From: Acidilobaceae archaeon
GTDB taxonomy: Archaea > Thermoproteota > Thermoprotei_A > Sulfolobales > Acidilobaceae
NCBI GenBank assembly: GCA_038897215.1
Contig: JAWAWX010000001.1
Coordinates: 512,001-576,000 of the forward strand
Direction: 5' to 3'
DNA length: 64,000 nt
In this document: piece by piece, positions 44,242 through 54,890 of the stretch
Numbering within the stretch: the stretch's first letter is position 1
Layout of the letters: each line of letters opens with the position of its first letter
Made by a program: the position numbers and the translations under genes
The notes under the pieces: generated by a model
Told to the model about the DNA's origin: nothing
Database searches by the model: none
What the model saw: the letters and a program-made list of their open reading frames with translations, nothing else

Positions 44242-44352
44242 CTCGCTCAGCCGGTGAGAGAATACTCAAATCACTCCTTTAAAATATTTCCCGAAATAAA
44301 AGATTAAGCTGGAAGAGCTACCTAACACGTGTCTTCGTAATCCACACTATAG

Positions 44353-45591
44353 CTAGGTTATGTTGAAGATACTAGCTGAGCGAGATAGAGCCTCAAGGCA
44401 TGGCAGTTTCTCTCCTGAGAAAGCATAGAGAAGCGCTCCGCCGGCAGTACTGAGATGCCCTGCTCTCTCTCTGAGAGTTTCTGGCATCGATTCAACCACA
44501 GAGATTAAGTGTCCTCCGCCAAAGATAGTGTACGCTCTCGACCTCAATGCTCGCATGACTAGCTCCTCGGTGCCTCTCCTGAATCTGGGGTCCTCGATGA
44601 CCCCAGCTGGACCCTTCATGACTATGAGTCCTGCTCTATCTAAAAACGCGCTATATCTCTGTATGGTCTCTGGGCCTATGTCTTTGGGGGGTCCTGATAG
44701 TTTTTCGAGTGTCTCGACTTCAGCGCTATCTCTAGACGCGACCATGAAGTCTGTGGGGGTAAATATCCTGTCTGCATGTTTTTGGAGAATTTGTCTAGAC
44801 AAAGAAACCAACCCCTCATCCCGCGCTTGCTTGGGGGCTATACTCGGGGGTATGAGGTTAGCGCTAGCTAGGAGAACTAGAGCCGTGACTCCCGTGGTTA
44901 GAACAATGTCAGCAATGCCTCTCGATAGCATCTTGTCAATAGCCTTGAGCGCGTCATCGACCTTAGAGCCTCCTAGCACGAAGACTCGCGGGCGGTTCTC
45001 CGCTTCAATCGCTTTAGACAAGGCCTTCAGCTCTTTCTCCATGAGTCTTCCCGCTACGCTAGGTAGCGCTATAGGGAAGCCTACAAGACTAGCTTGGCTT
45101 CTATGGCATGCTGAGAAAGCGTCATTCACGAATAGCGAGAAATATCGAGATAGCTTTGATACGAAATAGCTTCTCGCATGATGCTCTGGAGCTTCCTCAA
45201 TAATCTCCTCTGCTAGAAGTCTTACGTTCTCCAACACTAAGACCTCTCCAGGTCTTAGGCTCTCTATTGCTTTAATTGCCGACTCGAAGCATATATCCTC
45301 GACGAAGAGAACTTCTCGGTTAAGCACTTTGCTTAAAGCTCGAGAGTGCTGCCTTAGGCTAGTAAAGTCTTTATCGAAGGGTCTACCCTGGTGGCTAACG
45401 ATAACGAGCGCTGCTTCTTTCTCGAGAAGCTCCTCTATAGTCTCCTTATGTGCCTTGATTCTCGTGTAGTCAAGGATCTCTCCTGTATTCGGGTCAATGG
45501 GGGAGTTGAAGTCTACTCTGAGTAAGACACGACGCTTTCTAACTTCAACATTGTCAAGTGTAGCTATCTTGAGACCTCTGAAAGACAGCAA
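44353..45591 (-). CDS. pgk: Phosphoglycerate kinase
   Basis: LRVDFNSP, SHQGRP, LENVR, NDAFSACHR, LGGSK, DIGPET, STAGGA. Confidence 0.96.
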   Translation of the reverse strand: MLSFRGLKIATLDNVEVRKRRVLLRVDFNSPIDPNTGEILDYTRIKAHKETIEELLEKEAALVIVSHQGRPFDKDFTSLRQHSRALSKVLNREVLFVEDICFESAIKAIESLRPGEVLVLENVRLLAEEIIEEAPEHHARSYFVSKLSRYFSLFVNDAFSACHRSQASLVGFPIALPSVAGRLMEKELKALSKAIEAENRPRVFVLGGSKVDDALKAIDKMLSRGIADIVLTTGVTALVLLASANLIPPSIAPKQARDEGLVSLSRQILQKHADRIFTPTDFMVASRDSAEVETLEKLSGPPKDIGPETIQRYSAFLDRAGLIVMKGPAGVIEDPRFRRGTEELVMRALRSRAYTIFGGGHLISVVESMPETLRERAGHLSTAGGALLYAFSGEKLPCLEALSRSASIFNIT

Positions 45592-45882
45592 AGAGAGGAC
45601 ACCGAGTGAAGAATAAACACTCTCAACTAATAAATCTCAGAAAAGAGATTAAGCTGGAACCGTTTCCTGCTCTAGGTCGACCTAGAGCAGGAAACGGTTC
45701 CACAAGCCCCCCACGATCTTCCATGAGTCTCAGAAACCTGGGAGGTCACTGGCGCATCTACTTGCTTAAGAACTCTATAAGCTTTACGGAGCGTGATCAC
45801 TAGAAGATACACAAAAACCTTAGTGAACCTTAATCCACAAAACGGTAGCCAGACCCTAAGATGCAGATTTGAGGGTATGGTT

Positions 45883-46551
45883 ATGATTGAGGTCTCGTGG
45901 TGCGGTCACTCATACGTCGTGCTAAATATTGTTGAAAGAGGTCTGACTATAGCTATAGACCCTCACGACGGCATTAGTGTGGGGTTGCCAAGCTGTCGGC
46001 TAGAAGCGGATATAGTCCTGGTGACGCATGATCACTACGATCATAATGCTATCGATATGGCGAGAGGGTCTCGTAGCGTGGTGCTGAAAGCCGTTAGCGG
46101 AAAGAAGAGCATTTCTGGAGTCGATATAGAAGGCTATCTATTCTACCACGATAAAAGCAAGGGCAGGTTGAGAGGCTTAACTACAGCGTACTGCATCAGG
46201 GTAGACAATATCAGGATCTGCCATCTGGGCGACATAGGCCACATACCTGAAGAACGCCAACTCGAGGGGCTGAGAGACGCCGACGCCCTATTCGTGCCTG
46301 TGGGTGGAGTCTACACTATAGATGGTAGAGAAGCCTGGGAGCTGATACAGATACTGAAGCCCAGACTCGTCGTGCCAATCCACTACTGGACACCCGGCTC
46401 GCTACTACCCCTAGATCCTCTCAACGTCTTCCTAGATACCGCGAAAACGCAGAGAATAAGACTTGAATCAAACAAGTTCCGGCTACCTCTAGAGAAGAGT
46501 CTCGAGAAAACAACCATCATGATACCACGCCTATCTGAGCCTCTACGATGA
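45883..46551 (+). CDS. MBL-fold metallohydrolase
   Basis: WCGHS, IDPHDG, THDHYDHN, HLGDIGH, PVGGVYT, PIHY. ATG at 45877 or 45883; the ORF track starts at 45793. Confidence 0.9.
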   Translation: MIEVSWCGHSYVVLNIVERGLTIAIDPHDGISVGLPSCRLEADIVLVTHDHYDHNAIDMARGSRSVVLKAVSGKKSISGVDIEGYLFYHDKSKGRLRGLTTAYCIRVDNIRICHLGDIGHIPEERQLEGLRDADALFVPVGGVYTIDGREAWELIQILKPRLVVPIHYWTPGSLLPLDPLNVFLDTAKTQRIRLESNKFRLPLEKSLEKTTIMIPRLSEPLR

Positions 46552-46563
46552 AGGAAAGGTAGA

Positions 46564-46653
46564 TGGCGCCGGGGGCGGGATTCGAACCCGCGCGCCCCCC
46601 GTAGGGGCAACGGGTCTCCAGCCCGTCCCCTTGGTCCGCTCGGGCACCCCGGC
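46564..46653 (-). tRNA. tRNA-Ser(GGA)
   Basis: GCCGGGGTGCCCGAG...ACGGG-CT-GGA-GA-CCCGT, long variable arm, GGTTCGAATCC, GCCA end; downstream of rps10. Confidence 0.96.
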
Positions 46654-46818
46654 GCAGAGTCTACTCTTATCCAAAAGCTAGCTGTGGCTCTCCTGGCTTT
46701 TATGTATTGATCGTTAGCAGAGCCTCTAGGCTTTCTTGCTGAGAATCACGATAGGAAGAAATCTCGATGAATATATCTTAGAAACGGACGATGAAACTAC
46801 AAGTATAGAGGTGAAGAG

Positions 46819-47133
46819 TTATCTAGATAGCTGCTTTATCTCTATATAGACGTCGGGCGGGACCTGTATCCTCATTATCTTCCTCAATACCCTCTCGTCA
46901 GCCTCTAAGTCTATTAGTCTCTTGTGTATTCTCATCTCCCAGCGCTCCCAGTGCTTCGACCCCTCTCCATGCGGTAATCTTGGTACAGCTATCTTGAATT
47001 TCTTTGTGGGTAAAGGTATTGGACCTTTTATTTTTACTCCTGATTTCTCAGCGATATCCTTTATCTGCATTGCTACATTCTCGAGGTTCTCTACGTTGTT
47101 GCTCCATAGCCATATTCTCAGCTTAAAAATCAT
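46819..47133 (-). CDS. rps10: 30S ribosomal protein S10 (uS10)
   Basis: [25 protein letters not shown]. Confidence 0.97.
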   Translation of the reverse strand: MIFKLRIWLWSNNVENLENVAMQIKDIAEKSGVKIKGPIPLPTKKFKIAVPRLPHGEGSKHWERWEMRIHKRLIDLEADERVLRKIMRIQVPPDVYIEIKQLSR

Positions 47134-47177
47134 TGTCGGAAACCCCAGTAGTTTTATTGAAGTAGTCTTTGGTGGTG

Positions 47178-48497
47178 CTACTTAGCCTTAACGTCTACCC
47201 TCATGGGTTTAACGTCTGTCACTATTCCTATCCCTATGGTTCTATTCATGTCTCTCATAGCGAATCTGCCGAGTGGCGGGAAGTCGCTGAACTTCTCTAT
47301 GACTAGTGGCTTGATTGGTTTGAACTTGACTATAGCCACGTCTCCGGGCTTGAGGAACTGGGGCTTCTCTTCGAGCACTTTGCCTGTTCTGGGATCTAGC
47401 TTAGCTACTATCTCGGTCATTCTAGCGCTCACGCTAGCTGTGTGTACGTGAATTACTGGAGTGTAGCCTGGAGCTATAGCGCTTGGATGCCATACCACGA
47501 AAAGTCTTGCTGTGAATTCTTCTGCTACAGTTGGTGGCGAGTCTGGGTGGCCGACTACATCGCCTCGCTTGACGTCATCCTTCGAGACACCTCGTAGAGC
47601 GAAGCCTATGTTGTCTCCCGGCTCTGCTTTAGGCAGGTCTTGGTAGTGCATTTGAATGCTTCTGACTTCTGTAAGGATGCCAGCCGGCATTATTACTATC
47701 TTGTCTCCGACCTTGAGAACTCCCGACTCGACTCTACCCACTGGTACAGTGCCTGCTCCTGGTATCGAGTAGACTCCTGCTATCGGGATTCTGAGAGGCT
47801 TATCTACAGGCTTAGCCGGAGGCTTGAGAGAGTCTAGAGCTTCTACCAGCACGGGACCATCGTACCAAGGCATGTTGGGGCTTCTCTCTATCAGGTTCTC
47901 TCCAGTCCACGCGCTTATAGGTATGAAGGGTATCTTCTCGGGATCGTAGCCTATGCTCTTCATGTACTTCTTAAGTATGCCTAGAACCTCCTCGTATCTC
48001 TGCTTGCTATAAGGAGGCTCTGTTGCATCCATCTTGTTAACGGCTACGATGACCTGCTCTATGCCTAGAGTCTTGGCTAGAAGCAGGTGCTCTCTAGTCT
48101 GACCCTCTGGGCTCATGCCAGCCTCGAACTCTCCTTTCCTAGCCGAGACTACGAGAACAGCTGCGTCAGCCTGGCTAGCTCCTGTTATCATGTTCTTGAC
48201 GAAGTCTCTATGCCCTGGTGCATCGATGATCGTGAAGTAGTACTTCTTGGTCTCGAACTTGACGAAGGCGGGGTCGATCGTGATACCTCTTTCTCTCTCC
48301 TCTTTCATCTTGTCTAGAATCCATGCGAATTTAAAGCTCTCCTTACCCTTCTGTCTAGCGAGTTCCTCTATCTCCTTCAGCTTCTTCTCATCTACATACC
48401 CTAGTCTGTAGAGTATGTGGCCCGTCATAGTGCTCTTTCCGTGGTCCACGTGGCCTATTATTACTAGATTCAAGTGAGGCTTAGATGGAGCCGCCAT
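47178..48497 (-). CDS. tuf: Translation elongation factor aEF-1alpha
   Basis: [37 protein letters not shown]. Confidence 0.98.
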   Translation of the reverse strand: MAAPSKPHLNLVIIGHVDHGKSTMTGHILYRLGYVDEKKLKEIEELARQKGKESFKFAWILDKMKEERERGITIDPAFVKFETKKYYFTIIDAPGHRDFVKNMITGASQADAAVLVVSARKGEFEAGMSPEGQTREHLLLAKTLGIEQVIVAVNKMDATEPPYSKQRYEEVLGILKKYMKSIGYDPEKIPFIPISAWTGENLIERSPNMPWYDGPVLVEALDSLKPPAKPVDKPLRIPIAGVYSIPGAGTVPVGRVESGVLKVGDKIVIMPAGILTEVRSIQMHYQDLPKAEPGDNIGFALRGVSKDDVKRGDVVGHPDSPPTVAEEFTARLFVVWHPSAIAPGYTPVIHVHTASVSARMTEIVAKLDPRTGKVLEEKPQFLKPGDVAIVKFKPIKPLVIEKFSDFPPLGRFAMRDMNRTIGIGIVTDVKPMRVDVKAK

Positions 48498-48675
48498 ACC
48501 CTCTTCACCTCACCTCTCCAAAGGGGCTAGAGCCCGGTATTTATAAGTTACCACTCTATCCCGCAATAGGACTCATGAAATGCCACTAGATCGCTAACGA
48601 GTCGTGGAGCGTCGAGGAGAGTATCGCATATATATTTACGAAGCGCGGTCTTCTGGTTTGTAGGAGGAGTTTAGC

Positions 48676-49644
48676 TTGTCGGGGAGAGAGTTCGTTAGGA
48701 GAGTTCAGCTCCTAGGAAGGTTCACCTACGCTGTAACCCTCCCCAAGGAGTGGGTTAGAGCTCACGGTCTTACAAGAGGGTCGAAGGTCTTTATTGACGT
48801 TCTGCCAGATGGAAGTCTTAGAATCAAAGCTACTCCTCTTCTCTCCGAGCACTATGCTAGCAAGCAGGTGGAGCTCTTCTCGGGAGAAGAGCTAGACCAG
48901 GTTTTCTTCGAGACTCTAGCTTCTCTAATTGCTGGCTACGACTTCGTCCTGATTTCATTCAATGAGCTAACATCTGGATACACAGAGTCTCTTCTAGAAA
49001 AATTGTCTAAATCTATTCCCGGAGTCGAGCTGATTAAGGGAGAGCTAGACGCGAAAGTAATGTTAGCTAGAGAGAAGGAGCGGGAGAAAGATCCGAGAGC
49101 TCTCGAATCGAGCTTAAATCTCGCATTGAAGCTCTTAACGGATACTCTTAGAAACCCGGATAAACTAGAGCTAGCGGAGATAGCTTTCAATAATGCTAGA
49201 CGGATGCTAATGGAGAACGAGATTCATAAGAGGCTAGGCTCGACCTTAGGAGGAAGAGTTGTCTCCTCTCTCGATATCCACTGTGTCACCGTAGCCTTAC
49301 AGATCATGAAGAACATAGTGTTTGTCTACAGAGCTGTCAAGCACTTCTCGGAAGGCTTGAAGATTGACGATATGGATATAAGCGAGTTACTCAGAGACTT
49401 AGAGAACAAGCTAGAGAGCTTCTTCTGGCTCTCTTTAAGACTCTTTCGAGAACCGTCTTGGGAAGCATATCGAGATATCGTTAAGCTGTACTTAGAGATA
49501 GTTAGGAGAACTAGTGTGTTACGCGTGTCTGAGCATGCTAGGATACTCATCGATATCCTTAACCGAAGCTTGACAGACCTCGTGATAGAGCTAGGAGTAT
49601 ATGTCTCAGCCCTAGGGGTAGTGATGGCCAGGCTTGGGGGTTAG
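48676..49644 (+). CDS. AbrB-domain / PhoU-like regulator
   Basis: RRVQLLGRFTYAVTLPKEWV...DGSLRI N-terminal AbrB domain, LIAGYD, helical C-terminus. Confidence 0.75.
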   Translation: MSGREFVRRVQLLGRFTYAVTLPKEWVRAHGLTRGSKVFIDVLPDGSLRIKATPLLSEHYASKQVELFSGEELDQVFFETLASLIAGYDFVLISFNELTSGYTESLLEKLSKSIPGVELIKGELDAKVMLAREKEREKDPRALESSLNLALKLLTDTLRNPDKLELAEIAFNNARRMLMENEIHKRLGSTLGGRVVSSLDIHCVTVALQIMKNIVFVYRAVKHFSEGLKIDDMDISELLRDLENKLESFFWLSLRLFREPSWEAYRDIVKLYLEIVRRTSVLRVSEHARILIDILNRSLTDLVIELGVYVSALGVVMARLGG

Positions 49645-49658
49645 GAGCTAGCGCGATG

Positions 49659-51056
49659 TTAGTGAAAATCAACAACTCTTATTATATCCGAGTCTTCGAG
49701 TTTCTGGGCAGTCATGTATCTGTAGGATACCTCTTTGAGGTCTTGATTGCTCCCATAAATCATCACTGTGTGCAGTCTCGCTCTAGCTTTAGTTAGAGAG
49801 TTTCTCACAATATTCACGTTGATTCTATCCTCTCCATCAGATATGAGTATTATGTCGCTGACCCCTTGAGCTCTTCCACTCTTACTTATATCATTACATG
49901 CTGTCAACAACGCTCTCATTATGTCCGTGCCCCCTCCTGCTGCTACTCTCGCTAGGCTTGCGAGAGCATTAACGACCTCCGAAGCTCGCGGGTTTCTACT
50001 GACTTTGATCAAGCTGTAGACTGAAGAGTCAAAGTATCGCGCGTAGAAAGCTCTAGATTCCCCGATCGCTCTCTTCAGCAAAGCTACTGCTACTGCGCGA
50101 GCCCAGTCTATCTTCTCTCCAACCATGCTACCGCTCTTGTCTAGTAAGACGTAGATCGGTCCTTTCGAGACGTCTTCATGCTTCGAGTAGAGTAATAGCT
50201 TAGATTCGGCAAAAGCCACCATGAAGTACTCTGTTGGAAGCGCTAGCTGTGAGTAGTGAAGTCTCTCTAAGTCGCTTCCTACTTCTATCCCCTCGACCCA
50301 CCCCCTCCTCACTCTAATCTTCCTTCCTCTCGCTCCGGGGATGTCTAGACCCTCGATTTTCTCGAGTATCTTGGATACATCTGTGAGCCTAGAGAGCTCT
50401 AATATCTTCTCAGCAGTGTCCTCGAAGCTTAGAATAGAGCCTGTTCCAGCTAGTTTTGAGAAGAGCTCCGCCTTGATTCTCTTCGCTGTCTCGGCATCTC
50501 TCATCGCTTGGTCTAGCGCTTTATCGACCACCTCCTCGAAGTTGTCTACAGCCTCTTCCCCCGATTCGGCTTTCTCTGAGAGCTCTCTCCCGTAGGACTT
50601 GCTGCCTCTACACCCCCGTCTCTCCTCATCTGTCGACTCGTGTTCTAGCTCTTCACGACTGAGCATTGATGTTAGCTTCTCTAGTATAGATGCAGCTGCT
50701 ACGGTGCTAACAAGGCTATCGGCTACGGTATAGTTTCTGATATGGTGAAGCTTGGGGTTTTTGAGTAGTTGCGCGATTATAACATATCTCTCTGCATACT
50801 CGCTATCCGGCTTCTCTTCACTCACACCAGGGTAGTCGACGATCATGGGGATTGGCAGGTTTAAGAGGTAGAATATGTCTGTCGCCAGCTCTGGCCTTAA
50901 AAGCTTGCGATTGCTTTCAGGTTCTTCTCTCGAAAGCGGGTCTCCTCTGAGAGCTCTCTTTATCTCTAGAACGATCCGGATTATCCTCTCTCCTCTATAG
51001 ATTCTTAACTCGTCGAGGACCCCTACGCCAGCTATGACGCTCCTCTTTTGAGTCAA
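49659..51056 (-). CDS. VWA-domain protein (ViaA-like)
   Basis: GSDLERL, LLDKSGSM (MIDAS), GGTDI, ILISDGED; follows a MoxR ATPase. Confidence 0.88.
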   Translation of the reverse strand: MTQKRSVIAGVGVLDELRIYRGERIIRIVLEIKRALRGDPLSREEPESNRKLLRPELATDIFYLLNLPIPMIVDYPGVSEEKPDSEYAERYVIIAQLLKNPKLHHIRNYTVADSLVSTVAAASILEKLTSMLSREELEHESTDEERRGCRGSKSYGRELSEKAESGEEAVDNFEEVVDKALDQAMRDAETAKRIKAELFSKLAGTGSILSFEDTAEKILELSRLTDVSKILEKIEGLDIPGARGRKIRVRRGWVEGIEVGSDLERLHYSQLALPTEYFMVAFAESKLLLYSKHEDVSKGPIYVLLDKSGSMVGEKIDWARAVAVALLKRAIGESRAFYARYFDSSVYSLIKVSRNPRASEVVNALASLARVAAGGGTDIMRALLTACNDISKSGRAQGVSDIILISDGEDRINVNIVRNSLTKARARLHTVMIYGSNQDLKEVSYRYMTAQKLEDSDIIRVVDFH

Positions 51057-51067
51057 TCTTTCAACCT

Positions 51068-52207
51068 CTAGCTAAGCTTGGAGTTTATTACGTCGAGTAG
51101 CTCATCTATGTCGTCTAGAAGCTCTGAGTAGACTCTCCTTACCTCCTCGTCTTCCTCGAAGTCTTTGACTATGCTGACTATCCTATTCCTGGCGTTCCGT
51201 AAACTCCTGCTATAGTCTATGAGGCGAGGATCGTATGGAGGAAGGCTTCTTATCTTGCTCGCAGCGAGCTTTACGTTAGCCTTGATCTCGCTGAGCTCTC
51301 TCAATACTCTCTCCTTCGTCTTCAACTCGTCCATTAGTATTACTGAGACCTTTTCGAAATCCTCTATAGTCTTAGGAGCAACGTATTTGACGACAAGCAG
51401 GTCTTCTACAGTAGCCGTTGTCCTACCGTTGGCTATAGCGTGAGCGGCTATTACTTTCAATAGCTTCCCCTTCCTCCTATCAGACATATGTATGCCTTTT
51501 GATTCGAGAGCAAGCAATAGTTTGATGAGATGATTCTTGATGTTGTTCAGGTTGACTGATAGGACTAGCTTGTTTATGCTTCTTAAGTCTTCCATAGACA
51601 TTGTTGGTTTGGAGACGCTCACTTCCCCCCTCTCTATTTTCCAGCTCGCATCTAGGAGCCGAGGCCAGAGCTCTTGACTAAGAGGCTTCACGTAAGCTCT
51701 TAAGAGGAATCTATCGTAGAGAGCTTCGAGTTCGGGGTCCTCTGGCACTCTATTCGAGGCGCTAAAGAGACTCCATAGCTTTGCCTTTATCTCCGTGTAT
51801 CCATCGTATATCACTCTCTCCATCATCAAGCTCAGGAGACAGTTCAAGATGGCGCTGTTCGCGTTGAAGATCTCATCGAGGAAAGCGATCTCCGCCTCGG
51901 GCAGCTTATCCTTAGTGACTCTGACGTAGACTCCTCTCAATAAGGCGTTAACGTCGAGGGGGCCGAAGAGCTCACTCGGCTCAGTGTACTTCGTCAACAG
52001 GTATTTGAAGAATTTGGCGTTAAGAAGCTCTGCTGCTCTCCTGACTAGAGCGCTCTTAGCCGTGCCGGGCTCTCCGATCAGTATAGCGTGCTCTCCCGTG
52101 ATTAGAGCTAGAGTTGTTACGAGAGCTTCCTCCCGCCTTCCTACAAACGGGGCTTCGAGCTCGCTCAGAAACCTCTGGATCTTGGCTATAGCTGAGTCAA
52201 GAGACAT
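51068..52207 (-). CDS. MoxR/RavA-family AAA+ ATPase
   Basis: [45 protein letters not shown] at 52207; the ORF track starts at 52306. Confidence 0.9.
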   Translation of the reverse strand: MSLDSAIAKIQRFLSELEAPFVGRREEALVTTLALITGEHAILIGEPGTAKSALVRRAAELLNAKFFKYLLTKYTEPSELFGPLDVNALLRGVYVRVTKDKLPEAEIAFLDEIFNANSAILNCLLSLMMERVIYDGYTEIKAKLWSLFSASNRVPEDPELEALYDRFLLRAYVKPLSQELWPRLLDASWKIERGEVSVSKPTMSMEDLRSINKLVLSVNLNNIKNHLIKLLLALESKGIHMSDRRKGKLLKVIAAHAIANGRTTATVEDLLVVKYVAPKTIEDFEKVSVILMDELKTKERVLRELSEIKANVKLAASKIRSLPPYDPRLIDYSRSLRNARNRIVSIVKDFEEDEEVRRVYSELLDDIDELLDVINSKLS

Positions 52208-52376
52208 CCCTGGGCTAGCTAAGCCTTCGGAGTCAATTCTCTCGCTATAGCTGAGTCTAAGAGGGTTCACGAAGCCTTTCTGGTTTAGTGGTAGAGGAGC
52301 TAGCACTAACCCACACCCAGCACTATTAACCTGATAGGGTTTGATGTCGGAGGAATTTTAATCTAACTCTCGGCTC

Positions 52377-53273
52377 TCAGTAGCCAGCCGGGTTCACAGC
52401 GATAAGTAGAGTTAGAGAGACTAGGAAGAGACGACAGAAGAGAGAGTTGTCTCTGAGAGTCTTTGATGAGATGTTGCGTCTCTCTCTAGTCAAGGACATC
52501 AATACTCTTAGAGCGTAGAAGGCGATAAGAGATACCGGTACGAGTATCAGCGGGCTTAATAGCTTTAGAATGATAGAGGATGCTAGAGAAACCGCTAAGA
52601 AGACCAGGATAGCGGCGTAACCAACCCATACTCTATCCCCTAGGATTACTGGGAGAGTTCTTCTACCGTACTTGGCGTCAGCCTCAGCATCTGGGATCTG
52701 GTTTACATAAAGGCTAGCTACAGAGAGCAATCCATAGATAGCTCCTATAGGTATGGCGGGAAGGTAGAGTTCTCGAGACGCTATGTAAGCACAACCCAGA
52801 AATACTAGCACTCCTTTAGCGAAGACTCCCAGCTCTCCTAACCCTACTCTGAGCAAGTACGGGTCGTATAGAATGATTATTAGTGCTCCTATTACCACGA
52901 AGAGGAATATCGTGAGCCCGTAGAGCAGACTAAAATAGAGCCCTATCGATGCCGCTATCACGAACGTTGCTATAGCTAAGAGTATGGCCTCTGCTAGCGA
53001 GAGCTTACTCTCAACTAGTAGCTTTGTGCCGCCACTATATGGAGTTCGAGAAGTCTCTCTATCCAGCCCACTGAGATGGTCTTGAATATCATTAATAGCG
53101 TTCACAGAGAGGTGAGCAATAGATACCCCCAATACAGCCAACAGAGACTCGAAAACCAGACACTCGCTCTCTCTACAAGCGAAGATCGCGCCACCTAGCC
53201 CCGCTAAGACTGTACTTAGAGAGGTCTGTGGTCTCAAGAAGCTCCAGTAAACTCTCAGCTTCTCTCTAATCAT
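52377..53273 (-). CDS. UbiA/MenA-family prenyltransferase
   Basis: LRPQT, NAINDIQD..SGLD, TPYSGG, LGELGV, NQIPDAEAD..GRRTL; multiple TM helices. Confidence 0.88.
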   Translation of the reverse strand: MIREKLRVYWSFLRPQTSLSTVLAGLGGAIFACRESECLVFESLLAVLGVSIAHLSVNAINDIQDHLSGLDRETSRTPYSGGTKLLVESKLSLAEAILLAIATFVIAASIGLYFSLLYGLTIFLFVVIGALIIILYDPYLLRVGLGELGVFAKGVLVFLGCAYIASRELYLPAIPIGAIYGLLSVASLYVNQIPDAEADAKYGRRTLPVILGDRVWVGYAAILVFLAVSLASSIILKLLSPLILVPVSLIAFYALRVLMSLTRERRNISSKTLRDNSLFCRLFLVSLTLLIAVNPAGY

Positions 53274-53311
53274 TCATGACCCTCGATTTCTTCTAGTATA
53301 AGCGCTTCCAC

Positions 53312-53325
53312 TTAAGCTTTTAAAC
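53312..53325 (+). promoter_or_regulatory. BRE/TATA promoter of the tRNA-Gln 3' half
   Basis: TTAAGCTTTTAAAC, ending about 26 nt before the leader at 53351; may also serve the divergent prenyltransferase gene. Confidence 0.6.
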
Positions 53326-53350
53326 GTCGACTCGTTGCTTCATCAAGATC

Positions 53351-53411
53351 GCGGGGCGCGGGGCGGCAGGGAGCCCCCGTGACCGGGGTTCGAATCCCCG
53401 CCCGGCTACCA
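53351..53411 (+). tRNA. 3' half of split tRNA-Gln (leader 53351-53373, exon 53374-53411)
   Basis: C-CCCCG-TGAC-CGGGG-TTCGAAT-CCCCG-CCCGGCT-A-CCA. No D arm or 5' acceptor strand upstream; the leader is complementary to the trailer at 61517-61534. Confidence 0.93.
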
Positions 53412-53421
53412 TAAAACTTGT

Positions 53422-54270
53422 TCACCAATACTCGACGAGCACTCTCTTGATTGAAGCTATCTGCTGTAAAGCGTCTCTTACCACTTTATTTGTTGAACTC
53501 TTTTCTACGATAATCACGCGGGAGGGCTCAGGATAGCTTCTCTCAAGCGCTTGAATCACTGTATTCTCGTTGATAGCTTCGCTTAGTTGATGCTTAGAGA
53601 TTATGTGTCCAAAGCATAGCTCTGTTTCGAGCATAGCTTTAGTGAATCTTCTGGGATAGTGTGGACCCCCGAGACCAACGGCCGGAGTACATGCTGGGAT
53701 ATTTTCCGAGTTGTTGACCACGTTGCTTACGGCTGTGACGAGAGCTAGAATTGCTCTAGAGTCTCTCCACTGCTTCTCGCAGCTACCGACTTCGATGAAG
53801 ACTAGAGGCTTGCTAGTCTCTGTCGGCCCGTGATGTGTAGCCTCTAGCGTTAACTCGTAGTCTTTCTCTAGCTTCATCTCCAGTGTTGCCTTAGAGTACT
53901 CGACTAGCAGAGCTTTCGCTAAAGCTGGGTATGAGACAGCGAGCTTGAAGGGCTTCCCTCCAGCTACAGTGCTTGTAGGGTTCCCGGTATGGTGAACACT
54001 AAGAGTGCCTCTACACTCTCGAGAAGCGTGACGAGAGAGAGCTATCACAGGTCTTAGCTCGCTTCTAGGACTCACGTCTAGAATATCTAGATTCAAGAGC
54101 TCTCCGGAATAGCCTGCTATCAATCCTCGCTCGTAAGAAAAACACTCTTCAGCATAGGGGCATCTCCTTGGCTTAGCTCTCAGCCGTTCTACCAGAGCCC
54201 TCGAGGCGAGAACACCAACAGGGTCGTCGAGAGAGTAGATTATGTCTATCTCCAAAAAGGCTTCACCCAA
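53422..54270 (-). CDS. dtdA: D-aminoacyl-tRNA deacylase (DTD2)
   Basis: LSRHAS, LSVHHTGN, LEATHHGPT, FIEVGS, GLGGPHY, GHIISKH. Confidence 0.92.
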   Translation of the reverse strand: MGEAFLEIDIIYSLDDPVGVLASRALVERLRAKPRRCPYAEECFSYERGLIAGYSGELLNLDILDVSPRSELRPVIALSRHASRECRGTLSVHHTGNPTSTVAGGKPFKLAVSYPALAKALLVEYSKATLEMKLEKDYELTLEATHHGPTETSKPLVFIEVGSCEKQWRDSRAILALVTAVSNVVNNSENIPACTPAVGLGGPHYPRRFTKAMLETELCFGHIISKHQLSEAINENTVIQALERSYPEPSRVIIVEKSSTNKVVRDALQQIASIKRVLVEYW

Positions 54271-54784
54271 TCTTGTTTTTGGCGATAGCGAGTAGGAAGA
54301 GTGTCTTCAAGTCTCTAATCCCTCCGTCTCTCGCTATAGCTAGCGCTTCGTCTAAGCTCATGTATACAACTTCAATTACCTCATGTGGCTCGAGTTCTCG
54401 GGCTACCGGCTCGGGGTCCCAGGCGATAAAGAGGAACATGTATTCTGTTGAGTAGCCGGGTGATACGAATCCCTCGCCTACGAGCTCAAAGCTTGAAGCC
54501 TTCAGCCCTGCTTCTTCTCTTAGCTCTCTAGTAGCTGTTACGAGAGGACTCTCTCCCTCTTTCAGAGTCCCTGCTGGAGCTTCTAGAAGCCACTCGCGAA
54601 CAGCCGGCCTATACTGTTTGACTAAGGCTACCCTCTTCTCTCTCCTCCAGAGAGGGAGGATGGCGACACTCTTCGGGAAGACTACTCTATCGACCAAGAT
54701 GTTGATACCGTTAGGTAAGACTTCCTCATAGCACTCTAGCAGAACTCTTCTGCATCTAAAGCTACGAACCTCTCGGGAAACCAA
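54263..54784 (-). CDS. NUDIX hydrolase (ADP-ribose pyrophosphatase-like)
   Basis: KQYRP, EAPAGTLKEGESP..TATRELREEAG, SPGYSTE. Confidence 0.92.
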   Translation of the reverse strand: MVSREVRSFRCRRVLLECYEEVLPNGINILVDRVVFPKSVAILPLWRREKRVALVKQYRPAVREWLLEAPAGTLKEGESPLVTATRELREEAGLKASSFELVGEGFVSPGYSTEYMFLFIAWDPEPVARELEPHEVIEVVYMSLDEALAIARDGGIRDLKTLFLLAIAKNKIG

Positions 54785-54890
54785 TTAGGTCACCGACGCC
54801 GCTGGGTTTCTCGAGTCGCTTATAGGAACTCTAGAAGCTCCGGTCTCGATTACTCTCAGCCCTGAAGAGCCATGGCTAAGATTGAGGTCA

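Noticed and set aside
46760-46816. CGATGA...CGATGA...GTGA pattern resembling a C/D sRNA
   Set aside because: All boxes are degenerate, no D' box is evident and no target was recognised.
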